Origin: Camelus dromedarius | Taxonomy: Eukaryota | NCBI RefSeq assembly: GCF_036321535.1 | Contig: NC_087436.1 | Span: 18,478,001 to 18,542,000, forward strand | Length of the DNA: 64,000 nt | Direction: 5' to 3' | In this document: piece by piece, positions 1-14,090 of the stretch | How positions within the stretch are numbered: position 1 is the first letter of the stretch | Layout: every line of letters begins with the position of its first letter | Translations under genes and position numbers: made by a program | Notes under the pieces: generated by a model | What the model saw: only the letters and a program-made list of their open reading frames with translations | What the model was told of the DNA's origin: nothing | The model's database searches: none

Positions 1-764
1 CCCTTACATTGAAATGAAAACCCCCTGAAGAAATCTGGGACTCTTTTAAAGTTTGGAGTTAGAAGAACCTGGCTCAAGATGATGTGGGGCAAGGCACAGA
101 ACCAGTACCTGCTCCATGGGGAGTGCCCTGTCATAGTGCAATCACCCCTTCCCTGCCCTCAGCTTTTGAGAGACCTGGCATGGAGAGGAGGGAGCTGAGT
201 GTATCGTGTTATATTTGCTGATGGGTATCAGCCCATACTCTCACAGGTCACTCAGGCAAATGCTGCCCTCTTTCCTATAAAGTGAGGATCAACTGACCTA
301 TGCAGTGCCTTGCAGTTTATTTTATCCAGATAGCAATGGATATTTGTTTTAAAATGTTAGAAGGAAAGAGAAGAGCTCTAAAGAGTTTATTTTTCCCTGT
401 AGCCCAGATGCCCCGGACATGACCCAGAGAGCAGTTTCCACAGGGTGACCTTCAACTGAGCAATTATCCAGTCACTAGAAAGCCAATCTGCTGTGACTAG
501 GAGCATCTTCTTAGAGTCCATGAGCACTTCAGTAAAAGAAAAAATGAAAAAAGTATAAAAACTCATGTCTTTCAACCCAATAATTCCAGACCTGGCAATT
601 TGTCCTAAGAAAATATTTTTTTAAGATGTATATTCTTCAGGCTATTTGTTGCAGGGGGACAAAAAAGGAATTAATCTAACAATTGAAAATAGTAGAACAA
701 ATCAGCACATATCCACTCAGCAGGCTTTGACAGCACTAACATGCTCATGATTCTGTTCTCAGCA

Positions 765-1225
765 GTGGACACTGGAATTTTAGGATGCTCAGCCTTCATC
801 CCCACTTCCCAACAGCACCCTGAATTCCACCTGGGTAATCATTTTCCCACCAAGCATGGAGTCTTGGTAAAGTGCACGTGCCTTTCTCACAGTCGGTAAT
901 CCAAAGAGATCCCTGAAGGCTCCTTCTGCTAGTCCCTCCCCTCAGCCTGCCGCTGCCAAAGGCTGGGCACATGTCCAGCCAATCAGACCCTCTTCCCCAG
1001 GACTTTGACTCTTGAGCCCAGTAAAGCACTGACAGGAGAAACAGGTCATCTGTCCAGCCAAGCATGCCGAAAGCAGCCTGCTGCCTAGCAGGCTACCCAG
1101 CTTCTTGCTCCCAGGCTGGTTCTTCAGGCTTCCTTGAACACCCCACACACTTCAGATGAAAGGCCTTTTTTGCTTAGGTTGCCAGAATCAGTCATTTTCT
1201 CCCCTGCAGTCCAAGCAGTAGATAC
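765..1225 (+). mobile_element. Old ERVL LTR (LTR16-like)
   Basis: Recalled motifs gggcacatgtccagccaatcaga...ggactttgactcttgag and ttttttgcttaggttgccagaatcagt. Confidence 0.55.
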
Positions 1226-1436
1226 CTAGATTGGTACTTAAAGGTAATGGACCTTTTGGGGAAATTGTAGGGTACCTGGAATTTGTTCTCTGGCTGAGCT
1301 GGAACAGAAAACAGTTGCATATCCCCTTTATATTCTAACTGAAGAAACTAGTAGCCCATGGCAAGCACTGGAGAAACAAGTTATTAAATTATCATCTTTG
1401 ATTACTGAGCTCTAAGTCACAGGACCTAAAGTTCTC

Positions 1437-1958
1437 TGTGATGATTAATTTTATGTGCCAACTTGACTGGGCTAAGAGAAACCCAGAGAGCTGGTAGAAG
1501 ATTATTTCTGGGTATGTCTGTGAGAGTGTTTTTTGGAAGAGAGTAGCATTCGATTCAGTAGACTGAGTGAAGAGATCCACCCTCGCCAATGGAGGTGGCA
1601 TCATCCAACCTAATCTGCTGAGGGCCCAAATAGGACACAAAGGCAAAGGAAGGGTGTATTCCCTCTCTCTCTTCTTGAGCTGGGATGTCTATCTTTTCTT
1701 GATCTTGCACACTGGATATCGGACATCTGAGCTCCTGATTCTCAGGACTTCAGACTTAGGGACTTAAACCAGCAGCCCTTCCCCTGTTTGTCAGGCCTCC
1801 AGTCACGGACTGAATTACACCATCAGCTTTCCTGCTTGTCAAGCTTGCAGATGGCAGATTGTGGGACTTCTCCGCCACCATAGGCACATGAGCCAATCCC
1901 TATAAAAAATCTACAAATACCTCCTATTGGTTCTGCTTCTCTGGAGAACCCTAACACA
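1437..1958 (+). mobile_element. MLT2 (ERVL) solo LTR
   Basis: Starts tgtgatgattaattttatgtgccaacttgactgggc and ends ctcctattggttctgcttctctggagaaccctaacaca. Confidence 0.88.
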
Positions 1959-3019
1959 TCCCTCTTTGCCTGGAACGGCACACCTATTTTCTTGGCATCC
2001 CTTCCTTTTTACAATTTCCCCCTGGATTTCTCATTTTTAAACAGTTTTACTATAAACAATTGCACAGAAAAGATTTTTAAAAATAAGCCAGGATGGGTTC
2101 ATCGGACCTCTACTCTGCATTTCCAACCCCTGCCATGGTCTCATTTAGTAGCGTATGAGACACATGTGCAGTGCACAGAGTTCTCACTTTGACACATGGA
2201 TAATCTGAAAGATGACCGAGGACAACCTATCACTGTTTTCCTGACCTTGCCAGAAGCAACCTCAAGGTGAATGAAGTTGTCAAGCCATCAGTCAATAGGC
2301 AGCATGGAAAATTATAGGTTGAGAGTAAGATGGGCAAGAAAACAGAGGCTTAGTAGAGCTGCCACAGAGCATCGAGAATGTCATGAACTCCATCACTACA
2401 GTTGCTTGTCCTGTATTGGATTGTACCAATCTCCAACTTTACTGATTGGTTACAGTTTTTTATACCAAAACAAACAAATAAAAAAACCCTTTTGGCAGGA
2501 ATGAGATAAAAGAAAGAGTGTGTGTTTAATGAAAAATTAAGTACTGATTTCCTATTTCTCAAAAAAGTTGCTGAAGAACTTGTAGAGTGTCAGCATTTCT
2601 CGTCCTCTGTGGGGCATCCACAGTGACATGCCTAACCACATGAAAACCGGAGGGCCCAAGACTGCTGGAAGAGCTTCTGCACCTGCTTCAACAGTGAGAG
2701 TTATTAAGAAAACTGGGCCCACGGGTGGCAAATGAACATGTTTCAGTGCTGGGTGTTGACACAACACTGTGACACATTACTTTTCCCTTAGATCAAATGA
2801 TTGTTCTTCTATTTTTTTTCTTCTTCCAAGATTTCTTGTGGCATTACATAAAGTGAAATGGGCAGACTTCATTAATAGAAAAAAAAACACCAACTTTGCG
2901 AGACAGTTCAAAGAAGCCAGTTTCGTATCAATGAGGATACAAGCGAAGATATTACGAGACTTCTGGTGCTCATCCTTTCCCAGTTCTCCTGTCTTTTAGG
3001 TGACATGGGAGGAATATGC

Positions 3020-3358
3020 CACTTTCTGCTGTGTTAGCAGTCCCCACCAAGTTCTGGCCATCATGGAAGTGACAATGTGTCATTTCCAGGCTGAAGCATT
3101 TAATTGCTAGTGCAAGGCTCTACCACACTTTCTTGCCCTGCCTTGGTAACCATGAAGTCCTCGTGTTCCGAAAGATGAAGCAATGAAACGGTTGGGCCAT
3201 TATTAGCCTGAGCCTCTGAGAGACTGTCAGAAGCAAATACACTCACTGACTTGCAACGATTATGTAACCTGAGTGAGAAATAAGCTCTTGCTGGGTAATC
3301 CACGAGACTCTGGAGTTGACTGTTACCATAGTATAGCCTGTCCTGGTCTGGCTAACAC
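3020..3358 (+). mobile_element. MaLR LTR (MLT1-type) fragment
   Basis: tgagtgagaaataagctcttg...tgttaccatagtatagcctgtcctggtctggctaacaca 3' end. Confidence 0.65.
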
Positions 3359-3464
3359 AGTGAATTCTAAGATCTTTGGAAGGGGTAAGTGTATTGTTAA
3401 TGGGATTGAATAATATATAGCAAGAGGATGGCAATCATTTTTAAAATTTTTTTTTTAAGTTTTA

Positions 3465-3640
3465 CTTTAATGGATACAAAGATTCTGTTTGGGGTGATGG
3501 TAAAAATTCTGGAAATAGATAGTGATGATGGTTGTACAACACAGTGAATGTATTTAGTGCTACTGAATTGTACACTTAAAAACGGTTAAAGTGGCAAAGT
3601 TTATGTTATACATATTTTGCCACAATTTAAAAAATCACCA
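3465..3640 (+). mobile_element. Old L1M 3' end fragment
   Basis: gatagtgatgatggttgtacaacacagtgaatgta...ctactgaattgtacacttaaaaacggttaa. Confidence 0.8.
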
Positions 3641-4209
3641 AAACACATTTTTCTACCAAAATTTTCCAGTAATGATAAGGGTTGGAAAAATAGGCATTTG
3701 TATATTGTTGTTGAGAATGTAAATAGGTACTTCCTTCTGGAGGCAACTTTGGTAATAAACAAGGCCTTTGAAATATGAAGCCCTTTGATTCATTCATTCT
3801 TCTTCTGGGAATTTGACCAAAATTTTAAAAAATTATAATTTACAAACTTTTATGTAAAATGATCATAACCCTAGCATGGTTTCTAAAAGCCAAAAATGTG
3901 AAACAGTATAAACTGGACCATGGTGGATTGGTTAAGTAATTTAGGGTATATTCATATAATTGAGCACTATGTAACTACTTGAAATTGTAGTACACGAGAC
4001 TATTTAATGAGGAATACTGGAGAACAGCTCCAATAAAATTTTAAATGAAAAATATACAAACCCTAGTTCTTAAGTTGAGTAGCAAGTTCTTAGATGTAAG
4101 GTTAGTTTGACAGTATTGATTCTTAATAAATGCATGCTGACTTTCTGTTCATAACATTATTTTCTAAGATTGTTAACTATGGTTGCATGATTACAATTAC
4201 AAGCTTTCA

Positions 4210-5092
4210 TAGCCAATAGGCACATGAAAAGATGCTCAACATTGCTAATTATTGTAGAAATTCAAAGCAAAACTACAATGAAGTATCACTTCATACCAGT
4301 CAGAATGGACATCATTAAAAAGTCTACAAATAAGAAATGCTGGAGAAGTTGTGAAGAAAAAGGAGCCACCCTACACTGTTAGTGGGAATGTAAATTGGTG
4401 CAGCCATTAAGGAAGACAACATGGAGATTCCTTAAAAAACTAAAAATACAGTTACCATATGATCCAGCAAACCTATTCCTGGGCATATATCTGAAAAAGA
4501 TGAAAATTATAATTCAAAAAGATACATGCACCCCAACATTCACAGCAGCACTATTTACAACAGCCAAGACATGGAAGCAACCTAAATGTCCATTGACAGA
4601 TGAATAGATAAAGAAGATGTGGTATATTTATGCAGTAGAATACTACTCAGCCATAAAAAAGAATGAAATAATGCCATTCGCAGCAACATGGATGGACCTA
4701 GAGATTATCATACTATGCGAAGTGAGTCAGAGAAAGACAAATACTGTATGATATCACTTATATGTGGAATCTAAAAAAAGATACAAATTTTATTTACAAA
4801 CCAGAAATAGACTCACAGACATAGAACAAAAGAAAACTATGGTTATCAAAAGGGGAAAGGAGGGGATAAATTAGGGATTTTGGATTAAAAGATACACATT
4901 ACTATATACAAAATAAACAATAAAAACCTACTGTATAGCACAAGGAACTACTTTCTGTGTCTTGTAATAAGCTATAATGGAAAAGAATCTGAAAAAAATA
5001 CATATGAATGTATACGTATAACTGAATCAATTTGCTGTACACCTGAAACTAACATTGTAAATCAACTACACTTCAATCAAAAAAAAAATAAA
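4210..5092 (+). mobile_element. 5'-truncated L1 (ORF2 end, 3' UTR, poly-A)
   Basis: ORF2 C-terminal remnant ([16 protein letters not shown]...WKQPKCP), A-tail, TSD acaagctttca 4199-4209 / acaagctctca 5093-5103. Confidence 0.93.
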
Positions 5093-6599
5093 ACAAGCTC
5101 TCAAAATATTTCAGGATACAATTCATCTGGCATAAAGATAAACTCATTAAGCTAACTAAATTTTTTAAAGATCTCCTCTTATTTCTTATCTTTCTTGCAT
5201 TTAGGTTCTCTCCTACCATAACTCTTTTCCCTTTTCCATCTGAAGGTAGTTACCGAGGGAAGAATGGAGAAAAAGAGACTTTGGTTTGTTCTGCTTTCAC
5301 TGTTATCTTTTTAGCATTACGTCATTTTTCCCCAGAGACTTTGTGTTTTTGTTCTTGCTATGAACATGACCTTAAAAGGACCCCTTTTGTTTTTCTACTA
5401 TTTGTCACATCCATAAGCTCATTCTGGACCTGCTTTTCCCAATACTGTTGCTTAAGGGTCATGCTTAAATAACATGCTGCTCTCTAGTATTTACAAAAAT
5501 ATACACTTCAACCCACTGCCTCACATTTTGGGGTCAGTAGAGGAATGCCTCTGAAGCCACTCCTGTTTTTTTTAAGATATCCCTCTTTATTTCCTCCCTG
5601 TTGGAATTATTTAAGACAATCGTATTCTACCTGAGTTACAGGAACCCCTAAAAGTATGTGAAGATTTTCCAAGGAGCACTGCTTGCAGGGAAAATTTATT
5701 TCCAGATCCTCAGCTTCCATTTGTCCTTTTTCTAAAATTGATCAGTCTGAAAAGCCATTTTGCAAGCTCTTCTATCCACCTCCCCTTTCACAATAATCTT
5801 TCTCCCAAAGAAGAGGAGAAGGCAGAAAAGCAGACTTCAAGCTCATTCATCCACATCCTTGTTCCAAGATGTAAAAATCTCCAAGGTACCAAGGGGACAT
5901 TTCAAATCTTTTTTCTGGAAATCTTCTGTAATGATTAACCCACCAAAAGGCTTTTTGCCTTTCCTTGTCTTGTACACTTCTGTTAAGACTAACTATAGCT
6001 TTAGTGACCCGTTGAGATATTCTGAATGTATTATAGGGTGAGGTGGGAGGAGTGATGACAATTTCCCTTTATTAACTTGCCTCTCTCATCTTTAAATATG
6101 ATTAGAGAATGCATGGTTCTTGAGGAAGAGACACATGAAAGCAAAGAAAGACAATGTCTTTAAGAAATATCCAACACTAAAAACGGCTCTCTTTTTCTCA
6201 TTTTTGAACATCAGCTTTTTTGTTGTTGTTCTCTCCTCAATATGCCACCTTAGAAATGTGTTGTCAGCAGGAAAGAAAAGCACCTTTGAACAGATTAGTC
6301 ATGCTGATTCTTTAAAGTATAACTAGAATGTATAACTGCTAAGATTTTTGAGACATAACGGATAAAGTCTGTGCAGAAAAAGTTCACATGATTTATTTCA
6401 AAATAAATTTGCATTATTAAAAACGGTAGTTAAAACTTATTTTGTCAATGAACTAAGTCATTGATTATTGACATAATCTTTCCGTGCCTCATTCATCCTT
6501 GGTAAAATGGTATAATTGTACCCTATCACTGAGTTATTTTGGAGATTAAATGAGTCAATGGAAAATCTGGGCACAGTATATGCTCTTCATGTCATCATG

Positions 6600-8480
6600 C
6601 TCCCCTTCTCCAGTCTTTAGTCCTTCTTCTCTTTGTCTCTACTAACTCTCTTGTTAATCTCACCCCGTATCCTGGCTTTAAATATTACCTATACGCCAAG
6701 GATTTCCAATTTATATTTCCAATGCCTGCTCGTGCCAGAACTCCAGGTTCACGTGTTCAACAGCCTACTGGACCTCTCCACTGGGATACCTAATAGACAT
6801 CTTAAACTCACTCTCTCCAAATGAAATTCTTGTTTTTCCCTCTCCCCAAACATGCTCTACCTACAGCCTTTCCCTGTCACTTGCTGCCAATGCCATCCTT
6901 CCAACGGCTCAAGTCTCTAAAACTTGGAGTTAATCTGCACTCCTTTCTTTCTCTGGTACTCCACATCTAGTCTGTCTTTCTGCAAAAAGATATCCAGAAT
7001 CTGACCACCATTCAGTGCCTCCAATGCTGCCCCTCTGCTGCAACACTCAGTCCTCTCTCTTAACCCTAACCCTAAGCACAACCCTAATCCTACTGCAACT
7101 TCACCCTGGGCTCTGCTTCTGCCCTTGCTCCTGATTAGTCTATCTTCAATGGGGCAGCCAGAGTGATCCTTCTGATATGAACATTGTCCTAGAAGAAAAC
7201 ATAGGCAAAACATTCTCTGACATAAATCTTAGCAATACTCTAGGGTAGTCTACCTAGACAATAGAAATAAAAGCAAAAATAAAGAAATGGGACCTAATTA
7301 AACTTATAAACTTTTGCACAGCAAAGGAACCTCTAAACAAAACAAAAAGACAATATATGGAATGGGAGAAATATTTGCAAATGATGCAGCTGACAAGGGC
7401 TTAATTTCCAGAATATACAAATAGCTCATACAACTCAATAACAAAAAAACAAACAATCCAATCCAAAAATGGGCAGAAGACCTAAACAAGCATTCCTCCA
7501 ATGAAGACATACACATGGCCAACAGGCACAGGAAAAAATGCTCAGTATAGCTTATTATCAGAGAAATGCAAATCAAAACTACAATGAGGTTATCACCTCA
7601 CACCAGTCAGAATGGCCATCATTAAGAAAGTCCACAAGTGATAAATGCTGGAGAGGGTGTTAGAAAAAAAGGAGCCCTCCTACACTGTTTATAGGAATGT
7701 AAACTGGTGTAGCCTTTATGGACAACAGCATGGAGATTGCTTAAAAAACTAAAAATAAACTTACCATATGATCCAGCAATCCCACTCCTGGGCATAATCC
7801 TGGAGGAAACTCTAATTCGAAAAGATACATGTATCCCAATATTCTAACAGCACTATCTACAACAGCCAAGACATGGAAACAACTTAAATGTCCATTGGCA
7901 GATGACTGGATAAAAAAGCTGTGGTATATTTATACAATGGAATACTATTCAGCCATAAAAAAGAATAAAATAGTGCCATTTGCAGCAACATGGATGGACC
8001 TAGAGATTGTCCTTCTAAGTGAAGTAAGCCAGAAAGATAAAGAAAAATACCGTATGATATCACTTACATGTGGAATCTAAAAAATGACACAAATGAACTT
8101 ATTTACAAAACAGAAATAGACTCCCAAACATAGAAAACAAAATTGTGGTTACCAGAGGGGCAGAGGGCAGGGGGTGGAAAGGAGAGATTAACTGGGAGTT
8201 TGCGATTTGTAGATACTAACTGCTATATATAAAACAGATAAACAACAAGGTCCTACTGTTATAGCACAGGGAATTATATTCAATACCTCATAATACCCTA
8301 TAATGAAAAAGAATATGAAAAGGAATATATATATATATATAACTGAATCACTGTGCTGTACACAAGAAATTAACACAACATTGTAAACCAACTATTCTTC
8401 AATAAAAATAAAACAAAATAAAAAGTAAATGAACATCAGAGCATATCATTCCCCTGCTTAAAATCCTTCAATACATCCCC
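6600..8480 (+). mobile_element. L2 remnant (about 6600-7184 and 8430-8480) interrupted by a 5'-truncated L1 (about 7185-8428)
   Basis: The L2 motif cagccagagtgatcct...atcagagcatatcattcccctgcttaaaatccttcaa is split by the L1; TSD atgaacat at 7177-7184 and 8429-8436. Confidence 0.87.
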
Positions 8481-8792
8481 TCCTATACATAACATAATAA
8501 CAACTTTTTCAAGATATATATATATATATACACATATGTTCATGCTCATATATATTAATTTTAAAAAGACTAAAAATATGCATCAAATTGTTGGCAGTGG
8601 TTATCTTTGGGTGGTAATATTGCATGTATTTAAAAATATTTGCCTTTTGACTCAATAATATTATTTTTAGGAATTTATCTATAGGAAATAATTAGGATAT
8701 TCCCCAAGATTTAAGTTTAAAGATGCTATCACAACAATATTTACAATATGTAAAAATCGGAAATAGTCCAAGTGTATAACAATAAGAAAGTA

Positions 8793-9043
8793 GAACTGAC
8801 CTTGAACAGGTAGGGGGTTAGGATCCCTGACCTTTCTAGCAGTGGAAAATCTGAATATAACCTGTTGTTCATTCTCCGCAGTCGTGGTTCCTCTACATCG
8901 GTGGTTCCTCCATATCCGCGGTTCTGCATCCTCGGGTTCAACCAACAGCAGATCAGGTAGTACTGTAGTATTTACTCCTGAAAAAACCCTGCATACAAGT
9001 GGATGTGCACAGTTCAAACTTGTATATTCAAGGTCCAACTGTG
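8793..9043. mobile_element. Tigger2-family MITE (MER8/Tigger2a-like)
   Basis: TA then gaactgaccttgaaca ... tattcaaggtccaactg imperfect terminal inverted repeats, about 250 bp. Confidence 0.75.
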
Positions 9044-9918
9044 GTCCAACTGTGAATGATGGATTATCTGACATGGCTGACCACGTAGTTTTTAAATTAG
9101 TAACATACTGTAATGTTAACATGTGTGTAATAGTAACATATTGTTAATGAAAGATTATGAGCTAGCAAGTACACTGTGAGATTAACTTCATAACTTTGTA
9201 TATGAAGAGAGGAAAAGACAGGAAAGATAGGCACCAAAATATCAACGGTAGGCACCCGTAGGCTGATGCACAGGTGGCCATGACCTAGAACTACACAGTT
9301 GTGGGAGAGCCTCTGCCACCCATCAGCAGACCTGTGTGGAATTCACAGACTCAGAGCAAATGTGCACATTCTAATCAGCACTTCCTGCAATGTTCTGCAG
9401 TGTCACCTTAAGCAACCATAGGCTGCAAATGTACTCATATATCACATGAATAAGAAGATATTTAAATCTGAATTTATTGTAACAAAAATGATTCTTATAC
9501 TGCATGTTTAGCAAGTAGAAAAAAAATCCCCTAATGCTTTAAGGAATTTAGGCCTTTTAAAGTCTTAACAGTTTAGGAATGGGTTAACCTATTTATCACA
9601 ATGATAAGAGTTTCCCAAGCTTCTTATCAGTTTTTAACCTGTTTGAAAAAGTAGTTACAAGTGCAAGAAATAAGTTTCTTGGCGTGCTCGGTGACTAACA
9701 TCCAGTTTCCAATTCACATTTTGGTTTTTAAATGTTGAGCTTCAAAGTTAGTTCTTAGAATTTTATGTTTCATGTGTTTCCCATTACTTACAGAATTAAG
9801 TAACCAAAGAAAAAAAAAGAAATTCTACGTTCACAACTGCCTTGCTGTTCTATTCATCCTCAGCCATCTTTACCCGAGAACCCATTAATGGGATTAAGAA
9901 GTCTAAAAAGTCCTCTTT

Positions 9919-10190
9919 TTTTTTTTTTTTTTTTGCTTGGGTATTTTATTTATTTATTTATTTAACATTTTTTATTGATTTATAATCATTTTACAATGTT
10001 GTGTCAAATTCCAGTGTTCAGCACAATTTTTCAGTCATTCATGGACATATACACACTCATTGTCACATTTTTTTCTCTCTGAGTTATCATAACATTTTGT
10101 GTATATTTCCCTGTGCTATACAGTGTAATCTTGTTTATCTATTCTACAATTTTGAAGTCCCAGTCTATCCCTTCCCACCCTCCACCCCCC
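9919..10190 (-). mobile_element. Short young L1 3' end
   Basis: Poly-T run, L1 3' UTR in reverse, perfect 13-bp TSD aaaagtcctcttt at 9906-9918 and 10191-10203. Confidence 0.88.
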
Positions 10191-12146
10191 AAAAGTCCTC
10201 TTTCTTTGTTCTTTATAGAATTAAAGCATTGATACCATTCAAGCTACCAACTCATTGTCACTGAAAAGTAAAACAAACAAGCAAATGACAAACAGAATAC
10301 AAAGCTCCCAAGTCACAGAAGGAACCACAAGGCTATCAGAAATGACCTGAAAGCCAAGCTTGCAGATTTTTTTCATGAATCAAGTAATAAAGTCAACCAC
10401 CAAAGGTGTCAGGTGTGCAACAAAATAGACTGACTTCAGCACATTCCTTTGTTTTATCACTTGGTTTTGACATAAGGCAAGGAGACTGCCCTGAAAAACC
10501 CACATATTTAGTCATGAGAACATGACATTTTACAGGACTTGGTTGCAAAACTAGAAGTGTATGAGAACACTGCCACTTTGTTCTTTTGGAACATAAAGCA
10601 GAGTTTACCAAACAACGGTCCCCATGAAAGGCAGGAAGATCTGATTATGTGCTTATGAGAGCTTAAGGCCTTTTTTTTTTTCAGACTACTTTGGCAGTCT
10701 TTGAGAACAAACCAAAATTCTCTTGCTTTCTGGAGAGAGAGAGAGAGGTAGAAATTACTAATGTAAAACATGAGCTGCCTACCAGTATCAAAACAAGAAA
10801 ATCAACTCTAGGCTTACTCGGAGTGAGTGTGTGCATTAGGTCAGAAGTGCCCATTTTGGTCATCTCCATAAGAGGGCTGAGTCTGCATGGACATATGTCT
10901 ATTATGTTAAACATCCGAATGTTAATAACATCAATTAAAAAACCCACCTCTATAAGAGTGTGAACAAAGAGAAAATCATTTGCTCCTGGATATTTAGTTG
11001 AAACTAAGGTGGAATTTATCTCTCTGAATTTACACTATGGTTCTCAAGTGAAGAATTCAATGCTTTGAAGGATGTTTCAAGAATACTATTCTAAGGTCTA
11101 AGTCTTTGTTTTCTTAGTGACAATTTAATTTTAAAATTATACTTCGCATAAAATAGAGAGCAAATATTTCAGTGATTAAAAAATGGACAGAGTCCGGCTC
11201 CCGTGTCTTATCCATTGATAATGGCAAAATTAACAGGTCTGCAGCTTCTATATAGTTAGGAGCTACTTCAGTGGTATTTACAATCACAGGGAAGTAAAAG
11301 GGGCATTTGTTTGTCAATACATAGTCATCAAGGCTACACAAATAATTAACCTTTAACAAGCCGAATAGCTGATATTTGGCACTTAGATACTTCCTGCAGA
11401 TTTAAAGGGGGCTTCATTAAAGAGGGAGTACATATTCATTAATGTATTTAAAACGCATTTCTTGGGCTCTTTATGTCCTTATTACTGCATTTAGCTGCTG
11501 AGGCACTCTTCATTTAAGAGCCTAAAATTTAACCTTCTATGTAAACTTTGCAATTTATAGATTCAAATTCAGTCAGTCCAGGGTTGTGCCCTTCTCCCTT
11601 TTCCTTCTCTTTTCTGGGGATTTACTTACATGCTGTACTGACCTTAGAGACACCAGGCCCAGGACCTGCTGAGCTGGGCAGGTCCCCGGTCTGGTTGTCA
11701 GCTGCCTACCCTCCTGCCCCAAGTCTGCACCATCTCCATCAGCTTACCCCGATCACAAGGCCCCTCCTGTTCCTCCATCAACCTCTCAGCCACTCCTGTG
11801 CACTTCAGGGGACTCAAGGAAGTGCTGGGTGCTCAGTCTGCTGGAGTGTGGGGAGGAGTGTCTCATTCACCCAGTGAGGCCTGCTGGAGACAAGTGAGGA
11901 TCCTCTCTGCCCTCAAGTCCTTCCTGTCTTCCCCAAGGGAATGTCTTGTCCTCTTGGCTGCCTGAAGAGAGTGAACAGAGGGTACAGTCCTCTCTTAGGC
12001 ACTGACTAGCATCTACAGTCTAGTCACCTGCCCTCAGATTTTCTTTCTTTCGTTACCTTTTGCCAGACAACTTCACATCTCCTAACTCTTTGGTTTATGG
12101 TATAATTTCCCCTGGGTCCTCCAAGTGCTTATTCATTTAGCGCATG

Positions 12147-12172
12147 CACACACACACACACACACACACACA
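12147..12172. repeat. (CA)n microsatellite
   Basis: Direct reading. Confidence 0.95.
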
Positions 12173-12889
12173 GAGACGCTTCCTGTTTCAAGAAACCTGC
12201 CTTATAATAAGAAGCCTCCTGTTTCCACTCTGATTTTAAAATTCCATTCAGAAACTTGGTTATGTTCACTCTCATCCTAGAGCAATGAGTGCTACTGATT
12301 CCGTGAGTGAAGGGAGAAATGGTAACCGGGGTGACACAAGCCCCCTAGTGAGCATTTGGAAACATGCAGGGCATTTTCAAGGGTCACAGCGACTTACGGA
12401 TTAACTGGCATTCAGTGGGTGAGGGTAGGATTGGTAGACATCCTTCCATGTGCAGGACAATGTCACACAAAATGCCAATTGCTCCCTGCTAAAAAATGCC
12501 AAAGATGTGCTTCTCTTTGGGGGCTTCTCCAGTCTCTGGCCCCATCCATGTTACTATCCAGTACAGCTCCAGGGCCCTCCTTGCCTACCTCTGAGAGCCT
12601 GACTCTTCCTCTCCACAGTTCCATGGGACTGGCTTGACTCCCCATGCAGTCTTTGCATCTTTCCAGCCTGAGCTGTGTGGGAGAGGAGCAAAGTGCTCGA
12701 GGTACATTTAGATGTTCCATCCTTTAGCTTCAGGTTCCTCTTCCATCCTTGGAGTGGTTTGAATTTCTGCCTCTGAGCTTGCTTGGCCAATTTTCTACAT
12801 GAAAAACACACAAAATTTCTTCTCTTGCTTCCCATTCCAGTCCTACCATTGCTATAAACAAGAGAAAATGTAAAAGATTCTATATTTTA

Positions 12890-14090
12890 CTTGGCCACAA
12901 ATCGTAGCAATATTTTCTTAGATTAGTCTCCCAAGACAAAAGAAATAAAAGCAAAAATAAACAGATGGAACCTAATCAAACTTAAAAGCTTTTGCACAGT
13001 GAAGGAAACCATAAACAAAACAACCTACAGAATGGGAGAAAATATTTGCAAATGATGAGACCAACAAGGGATTAATTTCCAAAATATACAAAGAGCTCAT
13101 ACAACTCAATATCCAAAAAACAAACAACCCAATCCAAAAATGGACAGAAGACCTAAACAGAAATTTCTTCAAAGAAGACGTACAGATGGCCAACAGGCAC
13201 ATGAAAAGATGTTCAACCTCGCTAATTATTAGAGAAATGCACATCAAAACCACAATGAGGTACCACCTCACACCAGTCAGAATGACCATTATTAAAAAGT
13301 CCAAAAACGATCAATGCTGAAGAGGGTGTAGAGAGAAGGGAACCCTCTCACACTGTTGATGGGAATGTAAATTGGTGCATCCACTATTGAAAACAGTATG
13401 AAGTTTCCTTAAAAAACTAAAGATAGAGCTACCATATGATCCAGCAATCCTGCTCCTGGGCATATATCTGGAAGAGATGAAAACCATAATTTAAAAAGAT
13501 GCACGCACCCCAATATTCATAACAGCACTATTTACAATAGCCAAGACATGGAAGTAACCCAAATGCCCATGGGCAGATGACTGGATAAAGAAGATGTGGT
13601 ATATACACACAATGGAATATTACTCAGCCATAAAAAAGAATGAAATAATGCCATTTGCAGCAACATGAATGGACCTAGAGATTATCGTACTAAGTGAAAT
13701 AAGTCAGACAGAGAAAGAAAAATACTGTATGGTATCACTTATATGCAAACTCTAAAAAATAACACAAATGATTCTATATACATAACAGAAACAGACTCAC
13801 AGATATAGAAAACAAATTTATGGTTACCAAAGGGGAAAGGGAACAGAAGGAGGGACAAATTAGGAACTTGAGATTAACAGACACAAACTACTTTTACATA
13901 AAATAAATAAATAATAAGGACCCATTATATGTCATAGGGAACTATATTCAATATCTTGTAATAACCTAAAGTAGAAAAGAATATACGTATACACATAACT
14001 TAATCATTTTGCTGTACACCTGAAACTAACACAATATTGTAAATCAACTATACTTCAATTTTAAAAAATTATAAAACTAAAAAAAAAAAA
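12890..14090 (+). mobile_element. 5'-truncated L1
   Basis: ORF2 end, 3' UTR and A-tail; TSD aaaagattctatatttta 12872-12889 / aaaagattctgtacttta 14087-14104. Confidence 0.93.

Noticed and set aside
8679..9147. Overlapping 147-aa and 101-aa ORFs on opposite strands
   Set aside because: They overlie a Tigger2-type MITE and old L1-like sequence, with no recognisable protein or splice structure.
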